Shown here: positions 47,728 to 58,331 of the stretch, one piece after another
Layout of the letters: the number at the start of each line of letters is the position of its first letter
Position numbering within the stretch: position 1 is the first letter of the stretch
Assembly (NCBI GenBank): GCA_965228895.1
Contig: OZ245842.1
Coordinates: forward strand, 960,001-1,024,000
Reading direction: 5' to 3'
Source of the DNA: Alphaproteobacteria bacterium
Lineage (GTDB): Bacteria > Pseudomonadota > Alphaproteobacteria > SP197
Length of the DNA stretch: 64,000 nt
Translations under genes and position numbers: made by a program
The notes under the pieces: model-generated
The model's input: only the letters and a program-made list of their open reading frames with translations
Database searches by the model: none
Told to the model about the DNA's origin: nothing

Positions 47728-49311
47728 ATGACCGTTCACAGTTCGGTTGTTGCCGGATCGCGCCAGCCCTGGCGGTGTCTCTTTGCCATTTTGGTTGGTG
47801 GTGCCGTGTTAGCGGCGTGCGCGCCGGTCGGGCCTGACTTTGTCGAGCCGCAGGCGGCGGTCGAAGCCGACTGGACCGAGCCGGCGCCACTGGTTGTGGG
47901 GCAGGGTGCGCAGCCGGATCCGCGATGGTGGACCACCTTCAACGACCCCGTGCTCACCCAATTGGTCGAGGTCGCGCAGCGCAACAACCCGACCTTGCAG
48001 GCCGCCGGCGTTGCCGTGCTGCAGGCGCGCGCCCAACTTGGCATCGCACAGGGTCAAATCTATCCCCAGCAGCAGGAGCTCCGGGGCAAAGTCGAGTACG
48101 CTCGTCTCGATGACGATACGTTCCAGCGGTTCAACTTTCCCGAACAGAACCTGGCAATCGATCAGATAGCGATTCAGGCCGCCTGGGAGATCGACTTCTG
48201 GGGCAAGTTCCGGCGTGCCATTGAATCCGACCAAGCGGCTCTGGAATCGTCGATCGCGGCCTATGACGATGCGCTGGTGTCGCTGACCGCGGATGTCGCG
48301 AACTCCTACATCAACATACGCGTCCTTCAGGAGCGGCTTGTGGTCGCCTGGTCCAATGTGGTGACCCAGGAAGAAAATCTCAGGATTGCGCGGGTTCGCT
48401 TCAAGTATGGTGAGACGAGTCAGCTCGACGTCTTGCAGGCCGAGACCCAATTGGCCCAGACGCAGGCGCAAATCCCGGAATTCGAGAACAGCCTGGCACA
48501 GGCGAAGTATGCCCTGGCGGTTCAACTGGGCCTTGTCCCCGATGCGATCGATGCCTTCCTCGCGCCGGCCGAGTGGCTCCCAGTGGTGCCGGATGTGGTG
48601 GGTGTGGGCATCCCGCGCGATCTCTTGCGTCGGCGCCCGGACATACGCGAGGCCGAAGCGGCAGCAGCCGCTCAGTCGGCCGCCATCGGCGTTGCGGAGG
48701 CAGCGCTCTATCCGTCGTTTTCTTTGGCCGGATCGTTCGGTTTTGGCTCCAGCAATGTGCTGAATTCGTCGCTGACCGATATCTTTCGATGGGATAGCCG
48801 CGCGTTGAACGCCGGCGCCTCGTTCGTTTTCCCCATCTTCAACTATGGCCGGTTGATCAACCAGGTCAGGGTCCAGGATGCCGCGTTTCAGCAGTCGGTG
48901 CTGAACTATCAAAACGTTGTTTTGACCGCACAGCAGGAAGTCGAAGACGGCTTGGCATCGTTGTCGACGTCGAAAGTTGCAGCCGCCGTCCTGTCCGAGG
49001 CGGTCGGTGCTGCCGGTCGGTCGACGGAGTTGTCGATGGTGCAGTACAAGTCCGGCGAGACCGACTACACGACCGTGTTGAACGCCGCGGATGCCCAACT
49101 CGCGGTCGAGGACTCGCTGGTCGTGGCCAAGGGCAACGAGTTGCTGAGTGTTGTCGCCATCTATCGGGCGCTCGGCGGTGGTTGGCAGGTGCGCGAGGCA
49201 ACGGGCTTTGTGTCAGGCGACGTGGTTGACGAGATGGAGCAGCGTACGGATTGGGGCGGCATGATCGACGAGGTCAACAATCCGGACCTCAACACCGATG
49301 AAGTCGAGTAG
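47728..49311 (+). CDS. Efflux outer-membrane factor lipoprotein (NodT/OprM family)
   Basis: LAAC lipobox, WEIDFWG, LLRRRPDI and YRALGGGW. Confidence 0.92.
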   Translation: MTVHSSVVAGSRQPWRCLFAILVGGAVLAACAPVGPDFVEPQAAVEADWTEPAPLVVGQGAQPDPRWWTTFNDPVLTQLVEVAQRNNPTLQAAGVAVLQARAQLGIAQGQIYPQQQELRGKVEYARLDDDTFQRFNFPEQNLAIDQIAIQAAWEIDFWGKFRRAIESDQAALESSIAAYDDALVSLTADVANSYINIRVLQERLVVAWSNVVTQEENLRIARVRFKYGETSQLDVLQAETQLAQTQAQIPEFENSLAQAKYALAVQLGLVPDAIDAFLAPAEWLPVVPDVVGVGIPRDLLRRRPDIREAEAAAAAQSAAIGVAEAALYPSFSLAGSFGFGSSNVLNSSLTDIFRWDSRALNAGASFVFPIFNYGRLINQVRVQDAAFQQSVLNYQNVVLTAQQEVEDGLASLSTSKVAAAVLSEAVGAAGRSTELSMVQYKSGETDYTTVLNAADAQLAVEDSLVVAKGNELLSVVAIYRALGGGWQVREATGFVSGDVVDEMEQRTDWGGMIDEVNNPDLNTDEVE

Positions 49312-49321
49312 GGTAGGGCCG

Positions 49322-50476
49322 ATGTTCTGTCGAAATGCGTTCCATCCATGGCTCTGGTCGAAAGCCCTATCGATCCTGTTGGCCGCCGGGATTGTAGGTT
49401 GGATGCTGCCGGCGCCGTCGGCGGCCCAAGATCAATCCCAAAATCAACAAAGTCTGCCCAAGGTCACGGTCGCGCTACCGACGACCATGGAGATCGCTGA
49501 CGCCATCACCTTCACCGGCACGGTGGCGGCTTCGCAGTCGGTTGATCTTGTGGCCCGTGTCGAAGGCTATCTTGAACAGGTGTATTTCGAAGACGGCTCG
49601 TTCGTCGACGAGGGCCAACTGCTGTTTACGATCGAGCCCGATCAGTATGAACAGAACCTTCTGTTGAATCTCGCGGCCCTGCGCAGCGCCGAGCAGGAAT
49701 ATGAGCGCCAGCAGGCCATGATTGCCGAAAACGCCACATCGGTTGCGTCGCTCGAGAACGCACAGTCTCAGCGCGATCAAGCCGCCGCACAGGTGCGGTT
49801 GTCGGAGATCACCCTGGGCTACACCATCGTCAGTGCGCCGTTCAGCGGACGGATCGGCCCGCGCCTTGTCGATCCCGGTAATTTGGTAGGCGCGGCGGGA
49901 AATCCCACCGTGATCGCGACCTTGGACCGGCTTCAGCCGATCTATGTCAATTTCAACCTGAACGAACGCGACGCTCTCATGGTCCGCGACATGGTGCGCC
50001 AGGAAACCGACGCTGTAACGCCCGGTGTCGGCGTCGCGCCGGTCTATATCGGTCTGACCAACGAGACCGGTTATCCCCATGAGGGCACACTCGATTTTGT
50101 CAGCAGCACGGTCGACGCCTCGACCGGCACGATCCAGATGCGTGCGATCTTTCCCAACTACGATCGCCTGCTGTTCCCGGGCCTGTTCGTGCGGGTGCGT
50201 ATTCCGATCAGCCAGCCGAAGCCCACGCTCATGGTGCCCAATTTGGCTGTTGGCGAGGATCAGCAGGGCCGGTTTGTTCTGGTCGTCGGCAGCGATGACG
50301 TGGTCGAGCGCAAGGCGGTGGAAACCGGACCGCTGGAAGGCAGCCTGAGGGCAATCACCAGCGGCATTAGCGCCCAGGACCGTGTGGTGGTCAACGGTTT
50401 GGTCAATGCCAAGGTGGGCGCCAAGGTTGCACCTGAGGAGCAGCAAGCCTCCTCGACTACGGCCGAGACACAATAG
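49322..50476 (+). CDS. RND periplasmic adaptor (membrane fusion protein); start uncertain
   Basis: ARVEGYL, APFSGRIG, VDPGNLV, STGTIQMRA and PGLFVRV. Confidence 0.92.
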   Translation: MFCRNAFHPWLWSKALSILLAAGIVGWMLPAPSAAQDQSQNQQSLPKVTVALPTTMEIADAITFTGTVAASQSVDLVARVEGYLEQVYFEDGSFVDEGQLLFTIEPDQYEQNLLLNLAALRSAEQEYERQQAMIAENATSVASLENAQSQRDQAAAQVRLSEITLGYTIVSAPFSGRIGPRLVDPGNLVGAAGNPTVIATLDRLQPIYVNFNLNERDALMVRDMVRQETDAVTPGVGVAPVYIGLTNETGYPHEGTLDFVSSTVDASTGTIQMRAIFPNYDRLLFPGLFVRVRIPISQPKPTLMVPNLAVGEDQQGRFVLVVGSDDVVERKAVETGPLEGSLRAITSGISAQDRVVVNGLVNAKVGAKVAPEEQQASSTTAETQ

Positions 50477-50491
50477 GTATCGTCGCCGATC

Positions 50492-53400
50492 ATGCTGTCA
50501 AAGTTCTTCATCGAGCGGCCGGTTCTTTCGAACGTCATCGCGCTGGTCATCCTTTTGATCGGTGGCGTATGCATCTTGACCCTACCGGTCGGCCAATACC
50601 CGCCGATTACGCCGCCGACCATTCAGGTCACAGCCTTCTACCCGGGTGCCAACGCCAAGATCGTGGTCGAGACGGTGGCGCTGCCGATCGAGGAGAAGGT
50701 CAACGGCATCCAGGACCTGCTCTATATGGAGTCGACCGCAACGAACGATGGCCGCTATGCCCTGGTGGTGACGTTCGAGGTCGGCACCGATCCCGACGAG
50801 GCGCAGGTTCTGGTGCAGAACCGGGTATCGGCCGCGCTTGCCAGCCTGCCCAGCGCAGTGCAGGAGCAGGGTGTCGTTACGGAGAAAAAGTCGACCTCGA
50901 TCCTGCAAATCGTGACGTTGACGTCGACCGACGACAAGTTTGACGCGCTCTTTCTGAGCAACTACGCGACCATCAACCTGCATGATGAACTTGCCCGGTT
51001 GACGGGTGTCGGTGACGTGCTGGTATTCGGCATCGGCGAATACAGCATGCGTATCTGGCTGAACCCGGAAGAGATGCTGGTCCGTTCGCTGACGCCCGCC
51101 GATGTGATCAGCGCCATTCAGCAGCAGAACCAGGAGGTATCGGCCGGCCAAACCGGTATGCCGCCGGTGCCGGAGGGCCAGGACTTTCAGATTACCGTGA
51201 ACTTGAATGGCGCCTTGACGGAGGTCGAAGAGTTCGAGGAGATCATCGTCAAGGCGGCTGATGACGCGGGCGGGCAGGTAACGCGCATCCGGGATATCGG
51301 ACGCGTCGAACTGGGCAGTCAGAATTATGGCCAGGCGTTCACCTTGAACAACAAGCCGGCGGCGGGCCTTGCCATATTCCAGTTGCCCGACGCCAATGCC
51401 CTGGATGCCGCCCAGGAAGTCAGGGACACCATGACACGGATGTCCGCGGACTTCCCCGAGGGTCTGGAATACGGCATTCCGTTTGACACGACGATCGTCG
51501 TCAAGCAGTCGATCAACGAAGTCTACATCACGCTGCTTGAGGCCGGCGTCCTGGTCTTGATCGTGATCGTTATCTTCCTGCAGGACTGGCGTGCCACCTT
51601 GGTGCCGACGACGACCGTGCCGATCACCATCGTCGGCGCCTTCGCGGCCATGGCCTTGATGGGTTTCAGCATCAACATTCTGACCTTGTTGGCCTTGGTG
51701 CTGTCGATCGGCATCGTTGTCGACGATGCGATTGTCGTTGTCGAAGGCGTCACCCAGGAGATCGAAAAGGACAAGAAGCCGAAGGTGGCCGCGGTCGATG
51801 CCATGCGCCAGCTGTTCGGGCCGATCATTGGCATCACGCTGGTTTTGATGTCGGTATTCTTGCCGGCAGCCTTCATGCCGGGCATTACCGGCCAGATGTT
51901 CCGCCAATTCGCGCTCGTCATCGCGGCGACGGCGCTGATCAGCGCGATCAACGCGATTACGCTGAAGCCGACACAGTGCGGCCAGTGGCTGCGTTCGGTT
52001 CCGAAGACGAAAAGAAAGTTCTTCGTGTTCCGCATCTTCGACTGGCTCTACAACCCGTTCGAACGTTGGTATGTCCGCCTGGTTGGCCGCATGGTCAACC
52101 ACAGTATCCTCATGTCGCTCATCGCCTTGACATTGGTCGGTCTGGCGTTCGTTGGACTGACACGTATTCCGACCGGTTTCATTCCGATCGAGGATGAAGG
52201 TTACGTGGTCGTCGCCGCCTACCTGCCGGATGGCGCTTCGCTGGAGCGCACGGAAGCGACGATGAAGGACATTTCCGATCTCTCGCTTAAGATCCCCGGC
52301 GTCGAGTATGCGGTCGCCATCAGCGGTATGTCGCTGCTGGAGAGCAGTGCCTCGCTCGCCAACGCCGGCGTCGCTTATCTTGTCTTGAAGGACTGGAGCG
52401 ACCGCGGCGATGGCGAAGACCTGCTATCGATCTACAACAACCTCAACGCCAAACTTAAAGACCTTCAGGAAGCCCATACCCTTGTCGTCATTCCGCCTCC
52501 GGTACCTGGCATAGGGCTATCCGGTGGCTTTGAGATGATGATCGAGGTGACCGACGGCAGTTTTGACTATCAAGAGCTGCAACAGGTGACGGATGCGATT
52601 GCCGCGGCTGCTTCGAGCCAACCCGAAGTGCGCAATGCCTTTTCAACCTTTAGCGCCCAGGCACCCCAGGTCAGCGTCATTGTCAACCGATCGCAGACCG
52701 AGGTCTTCGGTGTCGCTGTTGGTGATCTCTTCAGCACCCTGCAGGCCTATCTGGGTTCGGCCTATGTCGGCCAGTTCACCAAGTTCGGCCAGAACTTCTC
52801 GATCTTCGTTCAGGCCGATCAGCAGTACCGGCTGCAGACCGAGGACCTCAAGCAATTCTACGTTCGCAATCAAAACGGCGACATGGTGCCTGTCGGCGCT
52901 GTCGCGGATATTGAGTCCGCCCAGGGCCCCGGTGTTGTCACGCTCTATAACCTCTATCCGGCGGCCGAGGTCAACGGTATCGCCAACCAGGGCTATAGCT
53001 CCGGTGAGGCGATCACGCTGCTTGAGCAGATCGCCGACGAGAACCTGCCGTCGAACATGCGCTACGAGTGGACAGGCTTGTCCTATCAAGAACAACTGGT
53101 TGGTAACTCCTCTTACTTCATTTTCGCACTTGCCGTGACGCTTGTGTTCTTTGTTCTGGCCGGCCAGTACGAAAGCTGGGTGACACCGGGCAGCGTGCTG
53201 TTCGCGGTTCCGCTGGCGCTGTTGGGGACGGTCGCTGTGTTGTTGGGCATCGGCATTGCCAACAACCTCTATGTTCAGATCGGCCTGGTCTTGCTGATTG
53301 CGTTATCGGCCAAGAACGCGATTCTTATTGTCGAAGTCGCGCGTCATCTTCATGCGCAGGGCGTCGACGTGCGCGAAGCCGCCGTCAAGGCCGCCGAGAC

Positions 53401-53644
53401 TCGTTTCCGGCCAATTCTAATGACGTCGTTCGCGTTTATCCTCGGTGTCGTGCCCCTGGTGCTGGCGAGCGGCGCCGGCGCCAACGCTCGTAAGTCATTG
53501 GGCATCACGGTCTTTAGCGGCATGTTGGCCTCAACCTGCCTGGCCGTGTTGTTCGTGCCGTCCTACTACGTCGTGCTGCAGCGCTGGCAGGACTACCGCG
53601 CTCGTAAGAAAGAAGAAAAGGCGGCCGCTAAGGCTGGCACCTGA
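50492..53644 (+). CDS. RND efflux permease (HAE1, AcrB/MexF-like)
   Basis: FFIERPV, IGIVVDDAIVVVE, AKNAILIVE and RFRPILMTS; 1050 aa. Confidence 0.95.
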   Translation: MLSKFFIERPVLSNVIALVILLIGGVCILTLPVGQYPPITPPTIQVTAFYPGANAKIVVETVALPIEEKVNGIQDLLYMESTATNDGRYALVVTFEVGTDPDEAQVLVQNRVSAALASLPSAVQEQGVVTEKKSTSILQIVTLTSTDDKFDALFLSNYATINLHDELARLTGVGDVLVFGIGEYSMRIWLNPEEMLVRSLTPADVISAIQQQNQEVSAGQTGMPPVPEGQDFQITVNLNGALTEVEEFEEIIVKAADDAGGQVTRIRDIGRVELGSQNYGQAFTLNNKPAAGLAIFQLPDANALDAAQEVRDTMTRMSADFPEGLEYGIPFDTTIVVKQSINEVYITLLEAGVLVLIVIVIFLQDWRATLVPTTTVPITIVGAFAAMALMGFSINILTLLALVLSIGIVVDDAIVVVEGVTQEIEKDKKPKVAAVDAMRQLFGPIIGITLVLMSVFLPAAFMPGITGQMFRQFALVIAATALISAINAITLKPTQCGQWLRSVPKTKRKFFVFRIFDWLYNPFERWYVRLVGRMVNHSILMSLIALTLVGLAFVGLTRIPTGFIPIEDEGYVVVAAYLPDGASLERTEATMKDISDLSLKIPGVEYAVAISGMSLLESSASLANAGVAYLVLKDWSDRGDGEDLLSIYNNLNAKLKDLQEAHTLVVIPPPVPGIGLSGGFEMMIEVTDGSFDYQELQQVTDAIAAAASSQPEVRNAFSTFSAQAPQVSVIVNRSQTEVFGVAVGDLFSTLQAYLGSAYVGQFTKFGQNFSIFVQADQQYRLQTEDLKQFYVRNQNGDMVPVGAVADIESAQGPGVVTLYNLYPAAEVNGIANQGYSSGEAITLLEQIADENLPSNMRYEWTGLSYQEQLVGNSSYFIFALAVTLVFFVLAGQYESWVTPGSVLFAVPLALLGTVAVLLGIGIANNLYVQIGLVLLIALSAKNAILIVEVARHLHAQGVDVREAAVKAAETRFRPILMTSFAFILGVVPLVLASGAGANARKSLGITVFSGMLASTCLAVLFVPSYYVVLQRWQDYRARKKEEKAAAKAGT

Positions 53645-53675
53645 TACGGCCGTTGCCCACGTCCACAAGAAAGAA

Positions 53676-53705
53676 AAAGGACCTGCGCGCCAGCACAGGT
53701 CCTTT
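53676..53705. terminator. Probable bidirectional terminator between the RND gene and mscL
   Basis: AAAGGACCTG...CAGGTCCTTT stem with an A-rich 5' flank. Confidence 0.65.
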
Positions 53706-53722
53706 GGCAATGTAATAGGTAG

Positions 53723-54139
53723 TCAGGATTTCGCGAGGATGTCGCGGATCTCTTCCAACAGCACCTCTTCGCGCGGCGTCGCCGCTGGTTCCGCGGGTGC
53801 CTCTTCCTCTTTGCGCTTGGCCGCGTTCATCGCTTTGACCAGCATGAAGACGACCCAGGCAACGATCAGGAAGCTGATGCAGTTGTTGATGAAGACGCCC
53901 CAATTGATGGTGGCGGCGCCGGCCTCTTGCGCGGCAGCGAGCGAAGCGTACTCCTCATCGCCCAGAATGGTGAAGATATCGGTAAAGTCGACGCCGCCGG
54001 TGAAGAAGCCGACGATCGGCATCAAGATGTCATCCACCATCGACTTCACGACACTGGTAAAGGCTGCGCCGATAATGATGCCGATGGCCATGTCCATCAC
54101 GTTGCCCTTAATGGCAAACTCTTTGAACTCCTTAAACAT
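53723..54139 (-). CDS. mscL: Large-conductance mechanosensitive channel
   Basis: [27 protein letters not shown] and LLEEIRDIL. Confidence 0.96.
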   Translation of the reverse strand: MFKEFKEFAIKGNVMDMAIGIIIGAAFTSVVKSMVDDILMPIVGFFTGGVDFTDIFTILGDEEYASLAAAQEAGAATINWGVFINNCISFLIVAWVVFMLVKAMNAAKRKEEEAPAEPAATPREEVLLEEIRDILAKS

Positions 54140-54366
54140 GCTCCAAACCCCCCGGTAAGAAATCTTCCTTCCCGCCACTTTCGTAGCACAATGCCGCTCG
54201 AGCCGGAAACCCCTATGCGCCAACAGCTTAAGTGGCAGATATCGGTGATCTGCGACCGTAAATTGCTGGCGAAAGTACGAGCCCCGTTAGCGTGCCGTCT
54301 TGTGCGATCAGCATGTGCAAATCGGTTTGACCATTCTTGTCGTTTGTCGACAACGCGCGCGTTGAA

Positions 54367-56559
54367 TCAGCCGGACTTGTCAGTTTGTTCGGCAATGGCC
54401 TGAACCAGGGCGCGGATGTCCGACGGTCCAGCGGGCTTCTCCAGGTAGGGGCGCTTCGACGATTTGAGAAACTGATGGATGTCGCTGCTTAGTGTGTCGC
54501 CGGTGATAAAGGCAATGCACGACACCAGTTCGGGCCGCGTTTCCTCCAGATGCTGGAACAGCTTTGGACCGTCCAGACCGGGCATCCGCAAGTCGCTCAA
54601 GATGACGTCGAAGTCGTTATCCGCGATGATTTCAAGCGCCCGCTTGCCGGAGTTCGCGGTTTCCACGTCATGGCCGTCAAATCGCAGAATGTCGGCGACG
54701 AGTTCGGTCATGTCCTCTTCGTCGTCGATCGCCAGAACCGAAAGCCGGCGCCCGCCTTGTGCTGTGCTTTCCATCGTCAACTCTTCTGCCCTATCGGCAT
54801 CGCGGCATGGCAGCTTGATAACAAACGCCGTGCCTTCCTTGCAGGCGTCATCCAGCTTGATGCGCCCGCCATGGGTTTCAATGATACGATGACACAGTGC
54901 CAATCCGATACCTGTGCCTTTTCCCGTCGCTTTGGTCGTGAAGAACGGTTCGAAAATCCGGTTGCGTATCTCCTCGGGAATACCCGGTCCGTTGTCCTTG
55001 ACCTTGATGACGACATCGCCCGTTGTCGGACGGAACGATGATGTCAGTTTCAGGTGCCGTTCGCCATCGTGGCTCTCCATGGCGTGTTTGGCATTGATCA
55101 CCAGATTGGTGATGACCTGGCTGATCTGCCCGAAGTCGGCCGCGACCGTCGGCAGTTTGCGCGACAGGTGCTGGGAAACCCTGACATCGGCACTGCTCAG
55201 ATCATTGTTGCAGACCTCTAACGCGACATCGATCGCCTGGTTGACGTCGATCGGTTCGCTGATCGACGGTTGCTGGCGCGCCATGGCGAGGAATGTTTTG
55301 ACGATGCGGCCGCATCGTTCGGCGGCGTTGCCGATGCGCTCGGCACGGCCTTTCATCTCTTCGTCGGCCGCCGATTCGGCCAGCAGGATCGCCTGACCGA
55401 CGACCACCGATAAGGGGTTGTTCAACTCATGGGCAACGCTGGCCAGGAGCTCACCCATCGCGCTCATCTTTTCGTTTTGATGGAGCATCTCTTTCTGGCG
55501 CGCCAGTTCGTCCTCGAAAGCCAGGCGTTCGGTCAGATCGATCATGCTGGTGATGGCGACGGGCGGGCCCTTCGTCGACAACAGGCGGCTGGCCATGGCG
55601 ACCCAGATGATCTCGCCGTCGGCCCGTTTGACCTGAAACTCCCGATCGCGGACCTCCCCGGTCTTTCGGATCTGGGCGAGATAAGCAGACCGATCACCGG
55701 GGTCAGCGTAGTAGTCGATGACGTTGCGTTGTTCTCGCGCCGGCCATTCCAGGCCCAGAAGCTCAGCGGCGGCGGGGCTTTCATAAAGAATGCAGCCGCT
55801 TTCGATCTCGACCAGCCAAACCGGCAGAGGGTGCGACTCGACAATCCGTCGGAACTGCTGCTCGCTCTTGCGCAGCTCTTCTTCGGCCAGGATCCGCTCG
55901 GTGATATCAATGCTGACGGTTGCCACATGGGTGACATCACCGGCTTCATCCTTGATCGGCGTTTTCGAGCTGAACCAGACGGAGCGCTCTCCATTTATGC
56001 GGTACTCACCCTCACGGTTGAGAACCGCCGTACCACTCTCAAAGACCTGGTTGTCGTTGTCGGTGCCGTTCAGATCCTCGTAGTGAATTCTCTTCTTTTG
56101 CTCGTCGGTCCGCCCGATCATGTCTTCCGGTGATAGGCCAAACAACGCGGCCAGATTGCGGTTGACCAGGGCATAACGACCGTTGCGGTCTTTGATGTTG
56201 ATCGCAGCCGGCGCCGCGTCGATGACGCTGCGCAAGAACTTCTCGCGCTCGCGCAATTCGTTGCCGACCACTTCCAGCTCGTGACGTCGTTCCCGGCCGT
56301 CGGTGTCGTAGACCGCCAGCAAGCGCCGGAGAATATCAGAGCACGATGCAACGATTGTTGCGGGTTCGATCTCGTCGTGACTGCTCAGCAACTGCTCGAG
56401 GGCCGCCTGATTGAGCCCCGCCAGTTCTTCCAGGTTGATGCCGCGCTCCAGCAGCTCGCGGCCCAAGGCGTCAGCAATCGCAAACTGTGCGTCGTCCGCC
56501 GCCGCCAGGTAGGCCGCAACCAGATTGATGTATGCCTTAAGGGTCTTGGCGTCCGGCAT
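54367..56559 (-). CDS. Hybrid sensor histidine kinase (RsbU-N-like helical domain, 2 PAS, HisKA, HATPase, REC)
   Basis: [27 protein letters not shown]; receiver motifs IDDEE and SDLRMP. Confidence 0.92.
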   Translation of the reverse strand: MPDAKTLKAYINLVAAYLAAADDAQFAIADALGRELLERGINLEELAGLNQAALEQLLSSHDEIEPATIVASCSDILRRLLAVYDTDGRERRHELEVVGNELREREKFLRSVIDAAPAAINIKDRNGRYALVNRNLAALFGLSPEDMIGRTDEQKKRIHYEDLNGTDNDNQVFESGTAVLNREGEYRINGERSVWFSSKTPIKDEAGDVTHVATVSIDITERILAEEELRKSEQQFRRIVESHPLPVWLVEIESGCILYESPAAAELLGLEWPAREQRNVIDYYADPGDRSAYLAQIRKTGEVRDREFQVKRADGEIIWVAMASRLLSTKGPPVAITSMIDLTERLAFEDELARQKEMLHQNEKMSAMGELLASVAHELNNPLSVVVGQAILLAESAADEEMKGRAERIGNAAERCGRIVKTFLAMARQQPSISEPIDVNQAIDVALEVCNNDLSSADVRVSQHLSRKLPTVAADFGQISQVITNLVINAKHAMESHDGERHLKLTSSFRPTTGDVVIKVKDNGPGIPEEIRNRIFEPFFTTKATGKGTGIGLALCHRIIETHGGRIKLDDACKEGTAFVIKLPCRDADRAEELTMESTAQGGRRLSVLAIDDEEDMTELVADILRFDGHDVETANSGKRALEIIADNDFDVILSDLRMPGLDGPKLFQHLEETRPELVSCIAFITGDTLSSDIHQFLKSSKRPYLEKPAGPSDIRALVQAIAEQTDKSG

Positions 56560-56649
56560 GGTTCCACCCAGAGACTGAGCTGCTCACACCGGCACGAAGA
56601 GCCGGTCCGATCCTTGATATGGGTACGTCGGCTGCGTCACGTCGGGTTT

Positions 56650-56714
56650 GAAACACGGTTGAAACAAATGCCACGGACTCGCGACACAGAGATGAAACAG
56701 GTCAACCACATGTT
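56650..56714 (+). promoter_or_regulatory. Phased direct-repeat promoter (candidate OmpR/PhoB-family binding array)
   Basis: GAAACA at 56650, GAAACA at 56661, GACACA at 56683, GAAACA at 56694, then CATGTT at 56709. Confidence 0.6.
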
Positions 56715-56790
56715 CACCTCGCTGTCAGCTTGGGGGGAAACCGAGCGGCGCAACGAGTTTCCGAAACCACACGATCTTATGGAGCTATCC

Positions 56791-58137
56791 ATGCCGCAAA
56801 TTGATTCCGGTGGTGCACCCGTATCCAGTACAAACCGCGCCGCCGTCGACGGCCTTGAACGTGCCTTCGGCCTGTTCCAGGGCTATTTCAACGATCCGCT
56901 GGCCGAGATCGACGACGTGCTGGCTGCCGATCCCGATTTTGTCATGGGCCACTGCTTCCGCGCCGGCCTGTTCCTGATTTCGAGTGAAAAGGCCGCCGTG
57001 CCCGAGCTGGAGGCGTCCGTCGCGGAGATCGAAAAGCGCGTCGACCACGCCAACGAGCGTGAGCGCGGCCATCTGGCTGCCGCGAAGGCTTGGCTGGCAG
57101 GCGACTTTCTTGGTGCCGCCCAGCGTTACGGCGACGTTTTGAGCGCCTATCCGCGCGATGCTATCGCGATGCAGTTTGCCCATCAGTGTGATTTCCTGCT
57201 CGGTCAGTCCCGGATGCTGCGCGATCGCGTGGCCTGGGTGCTGCCCCACTGGGCGCCGAACGAGCCGACCTGGGGTTACCTGCAGGGCATGTACGCGTTC
57301 GGCCTGGAAGAAATGGGTCACTATGGTGAAGCCGAAAAGGCCGCCAAGGCATCGATCGACATGAACCCGCGCGACGCCTGGGGTGTCCACGCTCTGGCGC
57401 ATGTCCTCGAAATGCAGGGACGAACGGAAGAAGGTATCGATTTTCTCGAGTCGACATCGGGCAATTGGTCGCCCGATAACGGTTTTGCCTTCCACAACTG
57501 GTGGCACTTGGCGCTCTATCACCTCGATCGGCGCGATTTCGGCCGTGTGTTGGAACTCTACGATCGGTCAATCCATCCCGAATCGACCGATGTGCTGATG
57601 GAGCTGGTCGATGCCGCCTCGTTGTTGTGGCGTTTGCAATTGGCCGGTCACGATGTTGGTGACCGCTGGTCAGACATCGTCGCGACCTATGAAGGCGTGA
57701 CAAAGGATGGCTATTACGCCTTCAACGACATGCACGCGATGATGGCCTTTGTGTCCACCGGCCGGCGCGACGCCGCCGAGCAGGTCATCTCGACCCTGAC
57801 CAAGCGGGCAGGCGAAAGCGACACCAACGCCATGATGACACGCGAAGTCGGCTTGCCGGTGTGCCGCGCCATCGAGGCTTTCGACCAAGGCAACTACGAT
57901 GGGGTGATTGAGCTGCTGCGTCCGGTCCGCCTGATTGCGAACCGGTTCGGCGGCAGCAACGCGCAGCGCGACGTCCTCGACTGGACGCTGGTCGAGGCGG
58001 CATTCCGCGGCGGCCGCCACGGCTTCGCCGAAGCCCTTGTCAACGAACGTACGGCACGCAAACCCGAAAGTGCGATGGCGCGATGGTTCAAGACCCGCGT
58101 TACAGGAAGCACCGCAAACGTCGAGACGGCCGCGTAA
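56791..58137 (+). CDS. TTC38-like tetratricopeptide repeat protein
   Basis: DPDFVMGH, GMYAFGLEE, DAWGVHALAHVLEM, HNWWHLAL, DAASLLWRL, FNDMHA and GGSNAQRD. Confidence 0.85.
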   Translation: MPQIDSGGAPVSSTNRAAVDGLERAFGLFQGYFNDPLAEIDDVLAADPDFVMGHCFRAGLFLISSEKAAVPELEASVAEIEKRVDHANERERGHLAAAKAWLAGDFLGAAQRYGDVLSAYPRDAIAMQFAHQCDFLLGQSRMLRDRVAWVLPHWAPNEPTWGYLQGMYAFGLEEMGHYGEAEKAAKASIDMNPRDAWGVHALAHVLEMQGRTEEGIDFLESTSGNWSPDNGFAFHNWWHLALYHLDRRDFGRVLELYDRSIHPESTDVLMELVDAASLLWRLQLAGHDVGDRWSDIVATYEGVTKDGYYAFNDMHAMMAFVSTGRRDAAEQVISTLTKRAGESDTNAMMTREVGLPVCRAIEAFDQGNYDGVIELLRPVRLIANRFGGSNAQRDVLDWTLVEAAFRGGRHGFAEALVNERTARKPESAMARWFKTRVTGSTANVETAA

Positions 58138-58162
58138 CCTCACCCGCTGCCGAATCGACAAC

Positions 58163-58208
58163 GGGCCGGAACGGTCGCCTGCGGGCGCCGTTCCGGCCCC
58201 TTTTTTTT
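58163..58208 (+). terminator. Rho-independent terminator
   Basis: GGGCCGGAACGG / CCGTTCCGGCCC stem followed by T8. Confidence 0.9.
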
Positions 58209-58218
58209 GGATCAAGCT

Positions 58219-58283
58219 GTTACCGGACTGAAACGTTTCGCCGCCAAGCGCGAAACTCAGCCGAAATGGGATGCCGCCATATT
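58219..58283 (+). promoter_or_regulatory. Phased direct-repeat promoter with the same layout as 56650-56714
   Basis: GTTACC at 58219, GAAACG at 58230, GAAACT at 58252, GAAATG at 58263, then CATATT at 58278. Confidence 0.55.
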
Positions 58284-58331
58284 CCAGCTCGGGGCGCGGG
58301 AGAACACCCGCGACGGAGATTGGAGAAAGTC

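Noticed and set aside
56281-56790. N-terminal extensions in the ORF track (for example 9-332, 22534-22767, 23764-23988, 56281-56790, 58083-58331)
   Set aside because: They overlap neighbouring genes or promoters and lack family similarity. Downstream starts fit the family N-termini and mostly have an RBS.
58209-58331. Possible SAM riboswitch upstream of hydrolase-metY-metA
   Set aside because: Small hairpins are present, but I could not match SAM-I, SAM-II or SAM-SAH consensus elements. The phased promoter repeats explain the region better. An Rfam scan would settle it.
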